A stretch of 64,000 nucleotides of DNA from an uncultured Chloroflexia bacterium (GCA_963816675.1 CAWFLS010000021.1:206242-270241), one strand, 5' to 3'. Shown: positions 1 through 10,142, counted from the stretch's first letter. Notes: generated from the sequence alone by a model not told the origin. Made by a program: numbers and translations.

Positions 1-504
1 CAGGTCGACGACGTGGTACTCGTCGTAGAACGTCACGCCGTACTTGATCGCCTGCTGGTAGAGCGTCTGCAGGATCATGTGGCCGGTCCGGTCGGCGGCG
101 AAGCACGACCGGCGGACCGGGCCCTCGCCGTAGTTGCTGGTGTGACCGCCGAACCGACGCTGGTCGATCTTGCCGTCGGGCGTCCGGTTGAACGGCAGGC
201 CCATGTGCTCGAGCTCGATCACGGTCTCGATCGCCTCGCGGGCCAGGACCTCGCCGGCGTCCTGGTCGACGAGGTAGTCGCCGCCCTTGATCGTGTCGAA
301 CATGTGCCACTCCCAGTGGTCCTCCTCCTGGTTGCCGAGAGCGGCACACACGCCGCCCTGGGCAGCGCCCGTGTGGGACCGGGTGGGATAGAGCTTGGTC
401 AGCACGGCGGCATCGACGCCGGCCTGGCCGAGCTCGACGGCCGCCCACAGGCCCGCGCCGCCGGCACCGACGATGAGGGCGTCGTGCTGCATCGGAGTCG
501 TCAT
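1..504 (-). CDS. sdhA: succinate dehydrogenase flavoprotein subunit, N-terminal ~168 aa (gene continues left of the window)
   Basis: Reverse translation from ATG 504..502 gives MTTPMQHDALIVGAGGAGLWAAVELGQAGVDAAVLTKLYPTRSHTGAAQGG...EEDHWEWHMFDTIKGGDYLVDQDAGE. It has the GxGxxG FAD fold. ATGA start/stop overlap at 501-504. It follows sdhC/sdhD. Confidence 0.9.
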   Translation of the reverse strand, partial: MTTPMQHDALIVGAGGAGLWAAVELGQAGVDAAVLTKLYPTRSHTGAAQGGVCAALGNQEEDHWEWHMFDTIKGGDYLVDQDAGEVLAREAIETVIELEHMGLPFNRTPDGKIDQRRFGGHTSNYGEGPVRRSCFAADRTGHMILQTLYQQAIKYGVTFYDEYHVVDL

Positions 505-544
505 CGTCGCGTCATCGCGTCAGGGATGACGTTCGGCAGCGTCA

Positions 545-911
545 TCACGACGACGTGCCCATGACGAGGAGCAGCACGCCGAGCACGTACAGGCCGGTCG
601 TCACCGCGACCCGCGTCCCGCCGTTCGTGTAGTCCGCGACGACGGTCCGCATGCCCATGAAGCCGTGGAACAGGACCAGCATGAGCATCAGCCAGTCCAG
701 AGCCTCGCCAGAACGTGCTCGACCAGCGGATCTCCGCGATCCAGCCGCTGTGCTGGTCGGCCGGGCTGTAGAGGACGTGCAGGATCAGGTAGTGGCTCAG
801 CACGAGCACGAACAGGCCGAGGCCGGTGATCCGCATGAGGTACCAGAGGGCGACCTCCCAGCCGCCGGACGCCGGCTTCGCGCGTCCGGTGCGTCCGTAT
901 CGGCCGCTCAT
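545..911 (-). CDS. sdhD: succinate dehydrogenase membrane anchor subunit (reading frame broken once near ~700)
   Basis: MSGRYGRTGRAKPASGGWEVALWYLMRITGLGLFVLVLSHYLILHVLYSP... then a frame switch to ...ALDWLMLMLVLFHGFMGMRTVVADYTNGGTRVAVTTGLYVLGVLLLVMGTSS* (TGA 545-547). It is a hydrophobic anchor lying between sdhC and sdhA. Confidence 0.75.
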
Positions 912-1286
912 GCCGCCCACCCCATCGGACTTGGCGAACTGCCCGAAGATGACGAACGTGACGGGCAGGCCGACGAGGACGAAGACGGCCCAGACGAGGT
1001 ACCACATGCCGCGGTGGAACCGGGTGAGCGGCGGCCAGAAGTCCATGACGACGATCCGCAGGCCGTTGAGGGCGTGGTACAGGACGGCCGCTCCGAGCAG
1101 CCACTCCATGATGATCCCGCCCGGCGTGGCGTAGATCGCGAGGAGGCTGTCGTACACGTCCGGGGCGGCGCCGACGAGGAAGATGTCGATGACGTGGAGG
1201 ATCACGAACAGCCAGATCGCGACGCCGGAGATCCGGTGGAACGCCCACGCGAGCATCCCCTCGCCGCCCCGGTAGCCGACCAGCAT
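908..1286 (-). CDS. sdhC: succinate dehydrogenase cytochrome b subunit
   Basis: MLVGYRGGEGMLAWAFHRISGVAIWLFVILHVIDIFLVG...AVLYHALNGLRIVVMDFWP. GGAGG lies 5 nt upstream of ATG 1286. As given there is no in-frame stop before the sdhD ATG. A 1-nt change in the C-run at 920-923 would create a TGA overlapping the sdhD ATG, so the end is approximate. Confidence 0.75.
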
Positions 1287-1320
1287 CAGGCCTCCGCTCG
1301 TCCCCGGATCGTCCGCGCCG

Positions 1321-2348
1321 TCAGGCCGGCGTGGAGGCGATGGGCGCCGCCATCCGCTCGATGACTGCGTCGGCGAAGGCGGCGGTCCCGGCGGTGCCGC
1401 CCAGGTCGTAGGTCACGGTTCGCCCCTCGGCGACGACCGAACGGACCGCCTCCTCGACGCCGGCCGCCTCCGTCGGGTAGCCGATGTGGCGGAGCATCAG
1501 CGCTCCCGACAGGATCAGCGCGGTCGGGTTCGCCTTGTCGAGACCGGCGTACTTGGGGGCGGAGCCGTGGACCGGCTCGAAGACAGCGGCCTCGGTGCCG
1601 ATGTTCGCCCCGGGAGCGACGCCGAGGCCGCCGACGAGACCGGCCGCGAGGTCGCTGACGATGTCGCCGTAGAGGTTCGGGAGGACGAGGACGTCGTAGA
1701 GATCCGGCTTCTGGACGAGCTGCATGCACATGTTGTCGACGATCCGGTCCTCGAACTCGACCCGGCCCTCGTAGGCGGCCGCGACCGTCCGGCAGCTCTC
1801 GAGGAAGAGGCCGTCGGACAGCTTCATGATGTTGGCCTTGTGGACCGCCGTGACCTTGCGCCGGCCGTTGGCGACGGCGTAGTCGAAGGCGAACCGGGCG
1901 ATCCGTTCCGATGCCTCGCGGGTGATGATCTTGATGCTCTCCGCGGCGTCGCGACCGACCATGTGCTCGATGCCGGCGTAGAGGTCCTCGGTGTTCTCAC
2001 GGACGATGATCAGGTCGACGTCCTCGTAGCGGCTCTCGACACCCCGCATCGAGCGCGCAGGGCGGAGGTTCGCGTACAGGCCGAGCGCCTGACGGAGGCC
2101 GACGTTGACGCTCCTGAAACCCGAGCCGACGGGGTCGTGATCGGACCTTTCAGCCCGACTTTCGTGCGGCGGACGGACTCGAGGACGTGATCCGGGAGCG
2201 GGGTGCCGTACTTCGCGATGGCCGCCTCGCCCGCCTCGACGGACTCCCATTCGAAGCCGATCCCCGTCGCGTCGAGCACGCGCGTCGTCGCCGCCGCCAG
2301 CTCCGGACCGATGCCGTCGCCGGGGATGAGCGTGATCGTGTGGGCCAT
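1321..2348 (-). CDS. icd: NAD-dependent isocitrate dehydrogenase (isocitrate/isopropylmalate dehydrogenase family); one frame break at ~2131-2134
   Basis: [48 protein letters not shown]...LKGPITTP, then a shift, then [25 protein letters not shown]...[14 protein letters not shown]...[19 protein letters not shown]. The break falls in a G4/C4 homopolymer. Confidence 0.85.
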
Positions 2349-2381
2349 GGGCCATTCTAGCGCGCGCGCCGAGGGGACGGC

Positions 2382-2408
2382 GGCCGGCTCGTCCCGGACG
2401 AGCCGGCC
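2382..2408 (-). terminator. 27-nt perfect GC-rich palindrome / hairpin between the beta-propeller gene and icd
   Basis: GGCCGGCTCGTCC-C-GGACGAGCCGGCC, with 13-nt arms. It sits in the 2349-2465 intergenic region. There is no U-tract, so a terminator role is tentative. Confidence 0.35.
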
Positions 2409-2465
2409 GAAACGGTGACGCGCGGCGGGTCAGGGCGGGACACACTGGACGTCCACAAACGCCAA

Positions 2466-3694
2466 TTACCTCCGGCCGAGGATGGTGCCGCCGATCCGTC
2501 CACGGGCAGAAGCTGGGCGGTACCGACGGGGCCGTAGTCGACGACGACGGCCGATCCGTCCGAGCGAAAGACCAGTTGACATCACCGCGCGGGTCCGGCA
2601 GTCGCGGGCCAACGGGGGTCCCCGTCCCGGAACCGTCGATCGGTGCGACCACGAATTGGAAGGTCTTATCGGGGTAGGACCGCACGTACCCGACGAAGCG
2701 CCCGTCCGGGGAGAAGTACGCAACGCCACTTTGATCGGTGATGCCATCGGGACTCGGGAGCACGGCGTCATTGCCGGTCCTCAGGTCGAGGATGTGCACC
2801 TCAGCCGTCGGAACGACGGACGTATAGCTCACCTTCGATCCGTCCGGCGCGACGGCAGGCGTCAGGTAGTCGTTCGGATCCGCCGCGGGGCTGGTGATTA
2901 GCGCGCGAAGCCCGGTCCCGTCTGGATGGACCGCCCAGATCCCGGCCGGAGGCTGAGCCGTCGTGTTGTGTTCGCCGCGGAAGACGATCTCGCGCCCGAT
3001 CGGCGGCAGCCAAGACACGAAATGAGCCGAACGGCCCACGTCGAGCGTGGTCAGGCCGCTGCCGTCAACGTTGACGACGTTGATGAGGCCTGGGCCCTGA
3101 GCAGTCTTGCGGGAGAGGAAGACGATCTGGCTGCCGTCCGGCGACCAGTCGAGCCAATCGAGGCCCTGGACCTTGGGTGTGACGTCGCGGATCGCCGTTC
3201 CATCGGGGTCGGCAACCTCGACAGTCAGACCATTTGTGTCGCGGCCGGAGCCCCGCAAGAACAGCAACTTTGTTCCGTCGCGCGATAAGACGCGGGTTGA
3301 AATCGAAGCTATCGCCGCCGACGATGAGGCGTTCGGCATGGGTCGATGAGTCCAGAGCGTAGATGTCGCCGTCATGGCTCGATCACGATCGCGCCGTTTC
3401 TCGCCGGGCCGAACGGGTTCGGGAGGCGCTGGCGCGACCCGATCGGCGATCCCTGCTGCAGCGCGAGAGACGGATCAAGCCGAGGACGACGAGCAGCCAG
3501 GCGACCCTTGGGGCCGTTGAGAGGCGAAGCGTTGTCTGCACGGGGAGCCACCTTTCGAGGCTCGACCATGCCGGCCGCTGGCGCTCCGTGCGCGTCCGAC
3601 GCAGGACCGCATCGAGGTGATCGGGCACCTGATGCTCGGCGTCCGCGTGGAGCCACGTGGAGACTTTGCGGTCCAAGCCGTCGCTCGGGATCAT
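2466..3694 (-). CDS. anti-sigma factor with one TM helix and a C-terminal TolB/PD40-like beta-propeller (module 1; at least 4 frame breaks)
   Basis: N-terminus: [52 protein letters not shown]...[10 protein letters not shown] (TM). This is followed by [42 protein letters not shown]...[12 protein letters not shown]...[12 protein letters not shown]...[12 protein letters not shown]...[15 protein letters not shown] overlap with the sigma gene stop at 3691-3694. The 3' end is approximate. Confidence 0.65.
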
Positions 3695-4256
3695 GCCGGG
3701 CGCCCCTCTCGCATCTCGTGGCCGGGCCGGGCGTCGGCGTCGAGCGCCGAACGCATCTGTCCGAGGCCGCGGTACAGGCGGGATTTGACGGTGCCCAGAG
3801 GGATCTGGAGCGTTGCGGCGACCTCCGGCAGCGGCAGGTCGAGGTAGTGATGCAGGACGATGACCGCCCGTTCATCAGGCCCGAGCCGGCGGAAGCCGCG
3901 TTCGAGCTGATCGCGGTCGGCGAGCGCCGACGCGGTGTCGGCGACAGAAGGCAGGTTGGTCACCTCGGCGACGTCGATGTCGAGGCGGAAACGGCGGATT
4001 CGCGGTATCTCATCGATGCAGGCGTTCACCAGCAGTCGGTGGACCCAGGCGTCGAACCGGTCCGGGTCGCGCAGCGTGGGCAAGTCACACGCCAGGCGCG
4101 GACGAGGGCGTTCTGGACCGCGTCCATCGCCCTGTCCTTGTCCCGGAGCATGAGCCAGGCGGTCGCGTCGAGGCGGGAGATCGTGGCGCCTGCCAGCTCA
4201 GCGAAGGCGTCATGATCGCCCTTCCGCGCTCGCTCCACGAGATCACGCTTCATCAC
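3691..4256 (-). CDS. ECF (sigma-70 family, group 4) RNA polymerase sigma factor, copy 1 (one frame break near ~4083)
   Basis: MMKRDLVERARKGDHDAFAELAGATISRLDATAWLMLRDKDRAMDAVQNALVRAWR, then a shift, then PTLRDPDRFDAWVHRLLVNACIDE...DRDQLERGFRRLGPDERAVIVLHHYLDLPLPEVAATLQIPLGTVKSRLYRG. Regions 2 and 4 are present. Confidence 0.85.
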
Positions 4257-4296
4257 GCCCTCAGGCGATGGCGCGACTCAGGTGGCCGCGCTCGCT

Positions 4297-4305
4297 GAGT
4301 ATGGC
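4297..4305 (-). promoter_or_regulatory. conserved GCCATACTC element 43 nt upstream of the ATG of ECF sigma copy 1 (candidate -10 region)
   Basis: The same 9-mer occurs at the identical distance (43 nt) upstream of the ATG of ECF sigma copy 2 (6538-6546). Confidence 0.3.
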
Positions 4306-4360
4306 GTTCGGCGGTAGCAGTCCGGCTTCACTTTCGGTCCGATGCCTGCCACGGTTGCCT

Positions 4361-4660
4361 TCAGTCAGCACTCGCATGGAGCCACAGCCAGGCTCGAAGC
4401 GGCATCCCCGACGCGTGGACCTCGGCGGCGACGTTCCGTCCGACGTAGCGGTAGTGCCAGGCCTCAGCGCCGTAGCAGGTCTGCGTCTCGGCACGCGGCC
4501 TTGAAATCGATGGCGGTCCCGAGCTGGTGCTCCAAGTGTCCGGCGCGCGCAATGAAACGGGCCACCTGCCGCAAGTCGGATCGCGGCGCGGCATTCGCCT
4601 TCGTCGAGCGTGACGACGGCCGACCCGCCCAGGCAGGCAAGTCGGCCGCAGGAGTGGGGC
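4361..4660 (-). pseudogene. C-terminal remnant of an M15 (VanY-like) D-Ala-D-Ala carboxypeptidase, frameshifted
   Basis: Fragments ARAGHLEHQLGTAIDFK (SxHxxGxAxD zinc motif) and YGAEAWHYRYVGRNVAAEVHASGMPLRAWLWLHASAD* (ExWHxRYVG motif) lie in different frames. No recognisable N-terminal half fits between here and the upstream gene stop at 4670. Confidence 0.4.
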
Positions 4661-4669
4661 GTGGTCAGG

Positions 4670-5942
4670 TCAGGGCGCCAGGCGCTGCCAGGTGCAACAT
4701 TCCGCCGACTGTGTCGTAGGACCGGTGCGGGGCGCCCCTGTCGCGGCGTCGAAGAATTGCGGTGCTTCACCTGTGAACGTGACAAAGACCGTCTTGCCGT
4801 CCGGCGAGAATCCATACCCCGGTCCGTCGGCGTTCTTGTCGAACGGACGACCGACCAGGATGCCCGGGCGACTGGCGTCGGCCGGAGCGATCATGGTCTG
4901 CCCCATCGTCGTGCCGTTGCGGCTCAGGAGGACCCGGGAGCCGTCGGGCGAGTGCAGCAGACCCGCTTCGCCGTACGCCGACGGGTCGAACCTCAACACG
5001 CGATCGTCTTTGGTGGCGATGTCGAGCTGATGGATGCGCCCTGGCAGCGTCGCCGACTCCCAGCGCCAGTACGTGAGGGTTCGGCCGTCGGGCGCGAGAT
5101 CGACGCCGTTGTACTCGGCGGGACCCGTCACGGACGGCACGACGGGTGTCAGGCCACTCCCATCGGCCTGGATCGAGTAGATGCCCGCCCGCTGCGAATC
5201 GCCGGATCCCGTGCGGCTGCCGAAGAGCAGCTCCGACGTGGTGCCTGGCAGCCAGGCCACCCAGTAGTCGACGTCCAGGCCGTTCACGTCCAGCGTGCGC
5301 ATCGTGCCGTGCTCGATATCGACGATGGACAGGACGCGGACGCCATTGACCGCATGCACGACGGCCAGCGACCGACTATCCGGCGACGAGTCGAACCAGG
5401 TAGCGTCGGTCAGGGGCTCCTTCAAGAGCGACCGAACCCCCGATCCGTCCGGGGCGGCGATCATCAGCGTTGCTTCGTTGGGCGACACCGTCCGGAGGAA
5501 CATCAGCTGCGTGCCATCTCGGGTGTATACCGGGTACGCCGTCATCGCTCGGGCCGGAGATGAGGGCGTGGGCATGCGTCCCGTCGGGGTCGGCCACCAG
5601 GATGTCGCCGCCAGCCCAGTAGGCGATCTGGCCGTTGGCGGCCAGGCCGAATGGTGCCGGTACACGCTGGACGCGAGAACCGACGGCGATGATCGCGATC
5701 CCGATCAAGGCGAGGAGGACGACGCCGACGAGGAGCGCCTTGCCGAGCGTCGGACGAGCGAGGATGCGAGGTTGTGCGGTCAGATCCACGGGGAGCCACC
5801 TTTCGAGGCTCGACCATGCCGGGCGCTGTCGGGTCCGGGTCGTCCGGGCGAGGACGTCGTCGAGGTAGCCGGGCGCGCCGCGCCCTGCCTGCTCGTCGAG
5901 CCAGTCCGAGACGGTCCGTTCGAAGCCATCGTTGAGCGTCAT
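4670..5942 (-). CDS. anti-sigma factor with TM helix and TolB/PD40-like beta-propeller (module 2; frame breaks near ~5560-5665)
   Basis: [52 protein letters not shown]...KALLVGVVLLALIGIAIIAVG (TM)...NGQIAYWAGGDILVADPDGT, then YTRDGTQLMFLR...DSSPDSRSLAVV...LAPDGRTLTYW...HSPDGSRVLLS...GFSPDGKTVFVTF. ATGA overlap with the sigma-2 stop at 5939-5942. Confidence 0.7.
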
Positions 5943-6494
5943 GCGAGACGGCCCTCCGTGATCTCCGACCGAGGTCGGGCATCGGCGTCGAGAGCCGCGC
6001 GCATGGATCCGAGGGCACGGTGCAGGCGCGATTTCGCCGTTCCGAGCGGGATCCCGAGCGCGATGGCGACCTCCGGCAGTGGCAGGTCGAGATAGTGATG
6101 AAGGACGATGAGGGCCCGCGCCTCCGGCTCGAGGCGGCTGAAGCCGCGTTCGAGCTGGTCGCGGTCGGTGATGACGACGTCCGTCCCCGACGGAAGGTGA
6201 GTCGATCGGCGTGAGTTCCACGTCGACGCGATGGCGCCGGAGCCGGCGCGCCTCATCGATGCAGGCGCGGTACAGCAGGCGGTGGAGCCAGGCGTCGAAG
6301 CGGTCGGGGCTGCGCAACGTGGGCAGGTCACGCCAGGCTCGGACGAGCGTCTCCTGGACGGCGTCCTTGGCCTGGTCGGGGTCGCGCAGGATGAGCCGGG
6401 CGGCGGCGTCCAGCCGGAAGATCGCGGCGCCTGCCAGCGTGGCGAAGGCGTCATGATCGCCCCGTCGCGCTCGCTCCACGAGATCCTGCTGCAT
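5939..6494 (-). CDS. ECF RNA polymerase sigma factor, copy 2 (one frame break near ~6200)
   Basis: MQQDLVERARRGDHDAFATLAGAAIFRLDAAARLILRDPDQAKDAVQETLVRAWRDLPTLRSPDRFDAWLHRLLYRACIDEARRLRRHRVDVE, then a shift, then DRDQLERGFSRLEPEARALIVLHHYLDLPLPEVAIALGIPLGTAKSRLHRA. It is highly similar to copy 1. Confidence 0.85.
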
Positions 6495-6537
6495 CGTGCC
6501 CCTCGGCGACGGCACGGCCGATGTGACCGTGCTCACC

Positions 6538-6546
6538 GAGTATGGC
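6538..6546 (-). promoter_or_regulatory. conserved GCCATACTC element 43 nt upstream of the ECF sigma copy 2 ATG
   Basis: Same 9-mer and same spacing as at 4297-4305. Confidence 0.3.
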
Positions 6547-6686
6547 GAGACCGGGTCGGCGGTTCGTTCCATCTTTCCCGTGCGGGCCGTCGTTCGGCGC
6601 GGTACCATCAGCGTCCCGCCCGTCCCCCCGACGACCCGGTCCGGACCGACCGACCGCTCGCCCTCCTTGCATCGGAGTCGCATCGC

Positions 6687-7865
6687 GTGAAGATCCAGGA
6701 AGCCGACGCCAAGACGCTGCTCGTGGCTCAGGGACTGCCGGTTCCCGACTGGGCCGTCGCGCACACGGTGGACGAAGCGCGCGCGGCGGCCGAACGGTTC
6801 CTCGCGGCGGGCGCCGACGCGGTCGTGGTCAAGGCACAGGTCCTCGTCGGCGGCCGCGGCAAGGCCGGCGGCGTGAAGCTGGCCCGATCGGCGGACGAGG
6901 CGGCCGACGTCGCGTCGGCGATCCTCGGCATGGACATCAAGGGCATGACGGTCCGCAAGGTGCTCGTCGCTGCCGGCGGCGGACATCGTCAAGGAGTTCT
7001 ACCTCTCGGCCGTGCTCGACCGCGCCGAGGGACGGATCCTGCTGATGGGGTCGGCCGAGGGCGGCGTCGAGATCGAACAGGTCGCCGCGGCGAACCCGGA
7101 GGCGATCGTCCGCGTCCATGCCGATCCGCTGCTCGGGCTGCGGGATTTCCAGGCGCGCCGGATGGCGTTTGCGATGGGTCTCGGCCAGCATCTGAAGGCG
7201 GCCGTCGCGATCACCCGCGGTCTCGTGGCGACGATGCTCGCCTACGACGCCGACCTCGTCGAGATCAACCCGCTGGCGATCGTCCGCGAGATGGGCGCGG
7301 ACGGGACGACCGACCGAGCGCCTGGTCTGTCTCGACGCCAAGGTCACCCTCGACGACTCGGCGCTCGGCGCGCCATCCGGGCCTCGAGGACCTTCGCGAC
7401 CCGGACGAGGAGGCGCCGGCCGACCGCGAGGCGCGCGAGGCCGGCCTGACGTTCATCAAGCTCGACGGGACGATCGGCTGCATGGTCAACGGCGCCGGCC
7501 TTGCGATGACGACCATGGATCTCGTCAAACGGGCCGGCGGCGAGCCCGCCAACTTCCTCGACATCGGCGGTGGTGCGAGGGCCGACAAGGTCGCGACCGC
7601 GATGCGGATCATCCTCGATGACCCGAAGGTCGATGCCATCCTCGTCAACATCTTCGGTGGCATCACCCGCGGCGATGAGGTCGCCCGCGGCCTGATCGAG
7701 GCGCGGGCGATGCAGACCCGCGACGTGCCGATGATCGTCCGGATCGTGGGCACGAATGCCGCCGAGGCCGCGGTCCTGCTCGAGGAGGCGCGGTTCACGA
7801 CGGCCGCGAGCCTCGACGAAGCGGCCGCGAAGGCCGTGGCGGCATCGCGGGGAGCAGTGGCGTGA
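6687..7865 (+). CDS. sucC: succinyl-CoA synthetase beta subunit (at least 3 frame breaks)
   Basis: A GTG start gives [24 protein letters not shown]...[21 protein letters not shown]. After shifts: [32 protein letters not shown]...[11 protein letters not shown]. Then: [25 protein letters not shown]...[10 protein letters not shown]...[16 protein letters not shown]. Confidence 0.9.
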   Translation: MKIQEADAKTLLVAQGLPVPDWAVAHTVDEARAAAERFLAAGADAVVVKAQVLVGGRGKAGGVKLARSADEAADVASAILGMDIKGMTVRKVLVAAGGGHRQGVLPLGRARPRRGTDPADGVGRGRRRDRTGRRGEPGGDRPRPCRSAARAAGFPGAPDGVCDGSRPASEGGRRDHPRSRGDDARLRRRPRRDQPAGDRPRDGRGRDDRPSAWSVSTPRSPSTTRRSARHPGLEDLRDPDEEAPADREAREAGLTFIKLDGTIGCMVNGAGLAMTTMDLVKRAGGEPANFLDIGGGARADKVATAMRIILDDPKVDAILVNIFGGITRGDEVARGLIEARAMQTRDVPMIVRIVGTNAAEAAVLLEEARFTTAASLDEAAAKAVAASRGAVA

Positions 7866-8750
7866 GCGTGCTCATCGGTCCGGAGACACGCCTCGTCGTC
7901 CAGGGCATCACGGGCCGGGAGGGCGACTTCCACAGCCGGGCGATGCTCGAATACGGCACCCGCGATCGTGGCCGGGATGACGCCAGGCAAGGGCGGCCAG
8001 ACGGCGCTCGACGGCGCCGTGCCGGTGTTCGACACCGTGGTCGACGCCGTTCGCGAGACCGGTGCCAACACCTCGTGCATCTTCGTCCCGGCATCCGGCG
8101 CGCCGGACGCCGTCCTCGAGGCCGTGGACGCTGGCATCGCGACGATCTTCTGCATCACCGAGGGCATCCCGACGCTCGACATGATCCCGGTCGTCGAGGC
8201 CGTCCGGCGGGCCGGCGCGCGGCTGATCGGCCCGAACTGCCCCGGCGCGACGTCGCCGGGCTCGGCCAAGGTCGGCATCATCCCGGGCGCGATCCACCGG
8301 GCCGGGCCGAGTCGGCGTGGTCAGCCGGTCCGGGACGCTGACCTACGAGGCGGTCCAGGCGATGACGGACGCCGGGGTCGGCCAGTCGACGTGTATCGGG
8401 ATCGGCGGCGACCCGATCATCGGGACGACGTTCCTCGACTGCCTCCAGCTGTTCGCCGGCGATCCCGGACACCGACGCGATCGTCCTGATCGGCGAGATC
8501 GGCGGTGCCGCCGAGGAGACGGCGGCGGCATGGGCCGGCGAGCACCTCGCCGGGATACCGAAGGTGGCATTCATCGCCGGCCGGACGGCGCCCGAAGGAA
8601 AGCGGATGGGCCACGCCGGGAGCGATCATCTCCGGAGGCGCCGGGACCGCGGCTTCGAAGGTGGAGGCCCTCGAGGCGGCCGGGTTCCGGGTCGCCGGCT
8701 CGCCGACCGAGCTACCGGCGCTCCTGCGCGACGCCGGCTACCGAGAGTAG
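7862..8750 (+). CDS. sucD: succinyl-CoA synthetase alpha subunit (at least 3 frame breaks)
   Basis: [33 protein letters not shown] / [10 protein letters not shown]...[20 protein letters not shown]...[10 protein letters not shown]...LIGPNCPG / [15 protein letters not shown]...[12 protein letters not shown] / [18 protein letters not shown]...[22 protein letters not shown] overlap with the sucC stop. Confidence 0.9.
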
Positions 8751-8763
8751 GAAGGGCGATCAC

Positions 8764-9237
8764 ATGAGCCGGTTGATGGATCTCGTGGCAGGCGACCTCG
8801 GAGAGATCCTGCTGGTCATCGGGACCGACGATCTCGGCGCGCTCGACGACCCGGGCCGGTTCGCCGCGCATCTGCCGCTCGGAAGCGGGCTCGATCCGAC
8901 CTGGCTCGACCTCTTCGCCGAGGCGGCCAGGAGCGTCTCCGGCCTCGAGGGACCGAGCGACTTCATCGACGCCCGGCTCGAGCTCGACGGGCCCGACGAG
9001 CTCGACGGCCGGACGGTCGAACGGGTCGATCCGGCCTGGATGACGGCGATCGCCCGGATCCCGCCGCAAGACCTCAGCGCGATCGCCGGCCGGTGGATCG
9101 ATCTGGTCGAGGACGAGCTCGGGCTGCTGCCGCGCGACGAGAAGCCGTGGATCCGCGACCTGACCGCGCGACTCGTCGCGTTCTGCCAGGCGGCCGACCG
9201 AGCGCCGGACGTGCTGTTCGCGTGGTCGCTGCACTGA
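8764..9237 (+). CDS. hypothetical acidic protein (157 aa), intact ORF
   Basis: ATG 8764 lies 13 nt after the sucD stop. Sequence: [33 protein letters not shown]...[24 protein letters not shown] recognised no family. Confidence 0.45.
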   Translation: MSRLMDLVAGDLGEILLVIGTDDLGALDDPGRFAAHLPLGSGLDPTWLDLFAEAARSVSGLEGPSDFIDARLELDGPDELDGRTVERVDPAWMTAIARIPPQDLSAIAGRWIDLVEDELGLLPRDEKPWIRDLTARLVAFCQAADRAPDVLFAWSLH

Positions 9238-9275
9238 GCGACGTGGTCGGGCCGGAGGGAGCGGGCCAGCCCGCG

Positions 9276-10142
9276 ATGGACGCGGCTGACCCGGATCGCG
9301 CGCCACTCGGCACGAGCGTCGTTCGCCGCGAACCGGTCGCTGTGGGATCGCGTGGACGTCGATCCACGTCGCCGGCGAGTTCTACGACCTCGACGGCTTT
9401 CGCGCCGGCGGCGTCCGCCTCCGGCCGTACGAGATCGCGATGGTCGGCGACGTGGCCGGGCCGCTCGCTGCTCCACCTCCAGTGCCATTTCGGCATCGAC
9501 ACGCTCTCGTGGGCGCGACTCGGCGCGCGGGTCACCGGCGTCGACCTGTCACCGGCTGCGGTCGCGGCCGCCCGCTCGCTGGCGGACGAGCTCGGCTTCC
9601 CGGATGCGCGCTTCATCGAATCGAACGTGTACGACCTGCCCGCTCGTCCTCGATGAGCGAATTCGACGTCGTCTACACCTCGCGTGGCGTGCTCGGCTGG
9701 CTGCCCGACGTCCGAGCGTGGGCGCGGGTCGTCGCCCGCTACGTCGCGCCGGGCGGTCGGTTCTTCATCACCGAGGCGCATCCCGATCGTCAACGTGTTC
9801 GAGAACGATGGCGTCGCCCCCGGAGAGCTGCGGTTGACCTACCCGTACTGGCAGCACGATGAGCCGCTCGTCTTCCCGGTCCACGGCTCGTATGCCGATC
9901 CCGGACGCAGAGGTCGGCGAACGAGATCGAGCACAGCTGGGATCACGGACTCGGCGAGATCGTCACGGCGCTCATCGACGCCGGTCTCCGCATCGACGCG
10001 CTCGTCGAGCATCCGTTCCTCGCCTGGAAGATCGACTTCCTCGTGGAGGAACCAGCCGGGCAGCGGCGAGTGGCGACTGCCGGCCGGGACGCGTGGCGAG
10101 CTCCCGCTGATGTTCTCGCTGCTCGCCTCGAAGCCCGGCTGA
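9276..10142 (+). CDS. class I SAM-dependent methyltransferase (several frame breaks)
   Basis: Fragments: NRSLWDR..HVAGEFYDLDGFRAGGVRLRPYEIAMVGDVAG / RSLLHLQCHFGIDTLSWARLGARVTGVDLSPAAVAAARSLA / EFDVVYTSRGVLGWLPDVRAWARVVARYVAPGGRFFITEAHP / GLGEIVTALIDAGLRIDALVEHPF. Confidence 0.7.

Noticed and set aside
1321-3375. A 684-aa ORF that looks like a beta-propeller fused to isocitrate dehydrogenase.
   Set aside because: The two halves belong to separate genes. The icd N-terminus ([16 protein letters not shown], start 2348) lies in another frame. A 27-nt hairpin and ~115 nt of non-coding sequence separate the two genes. The fusion is a read-through of an alternative frame in high-GC DNA.
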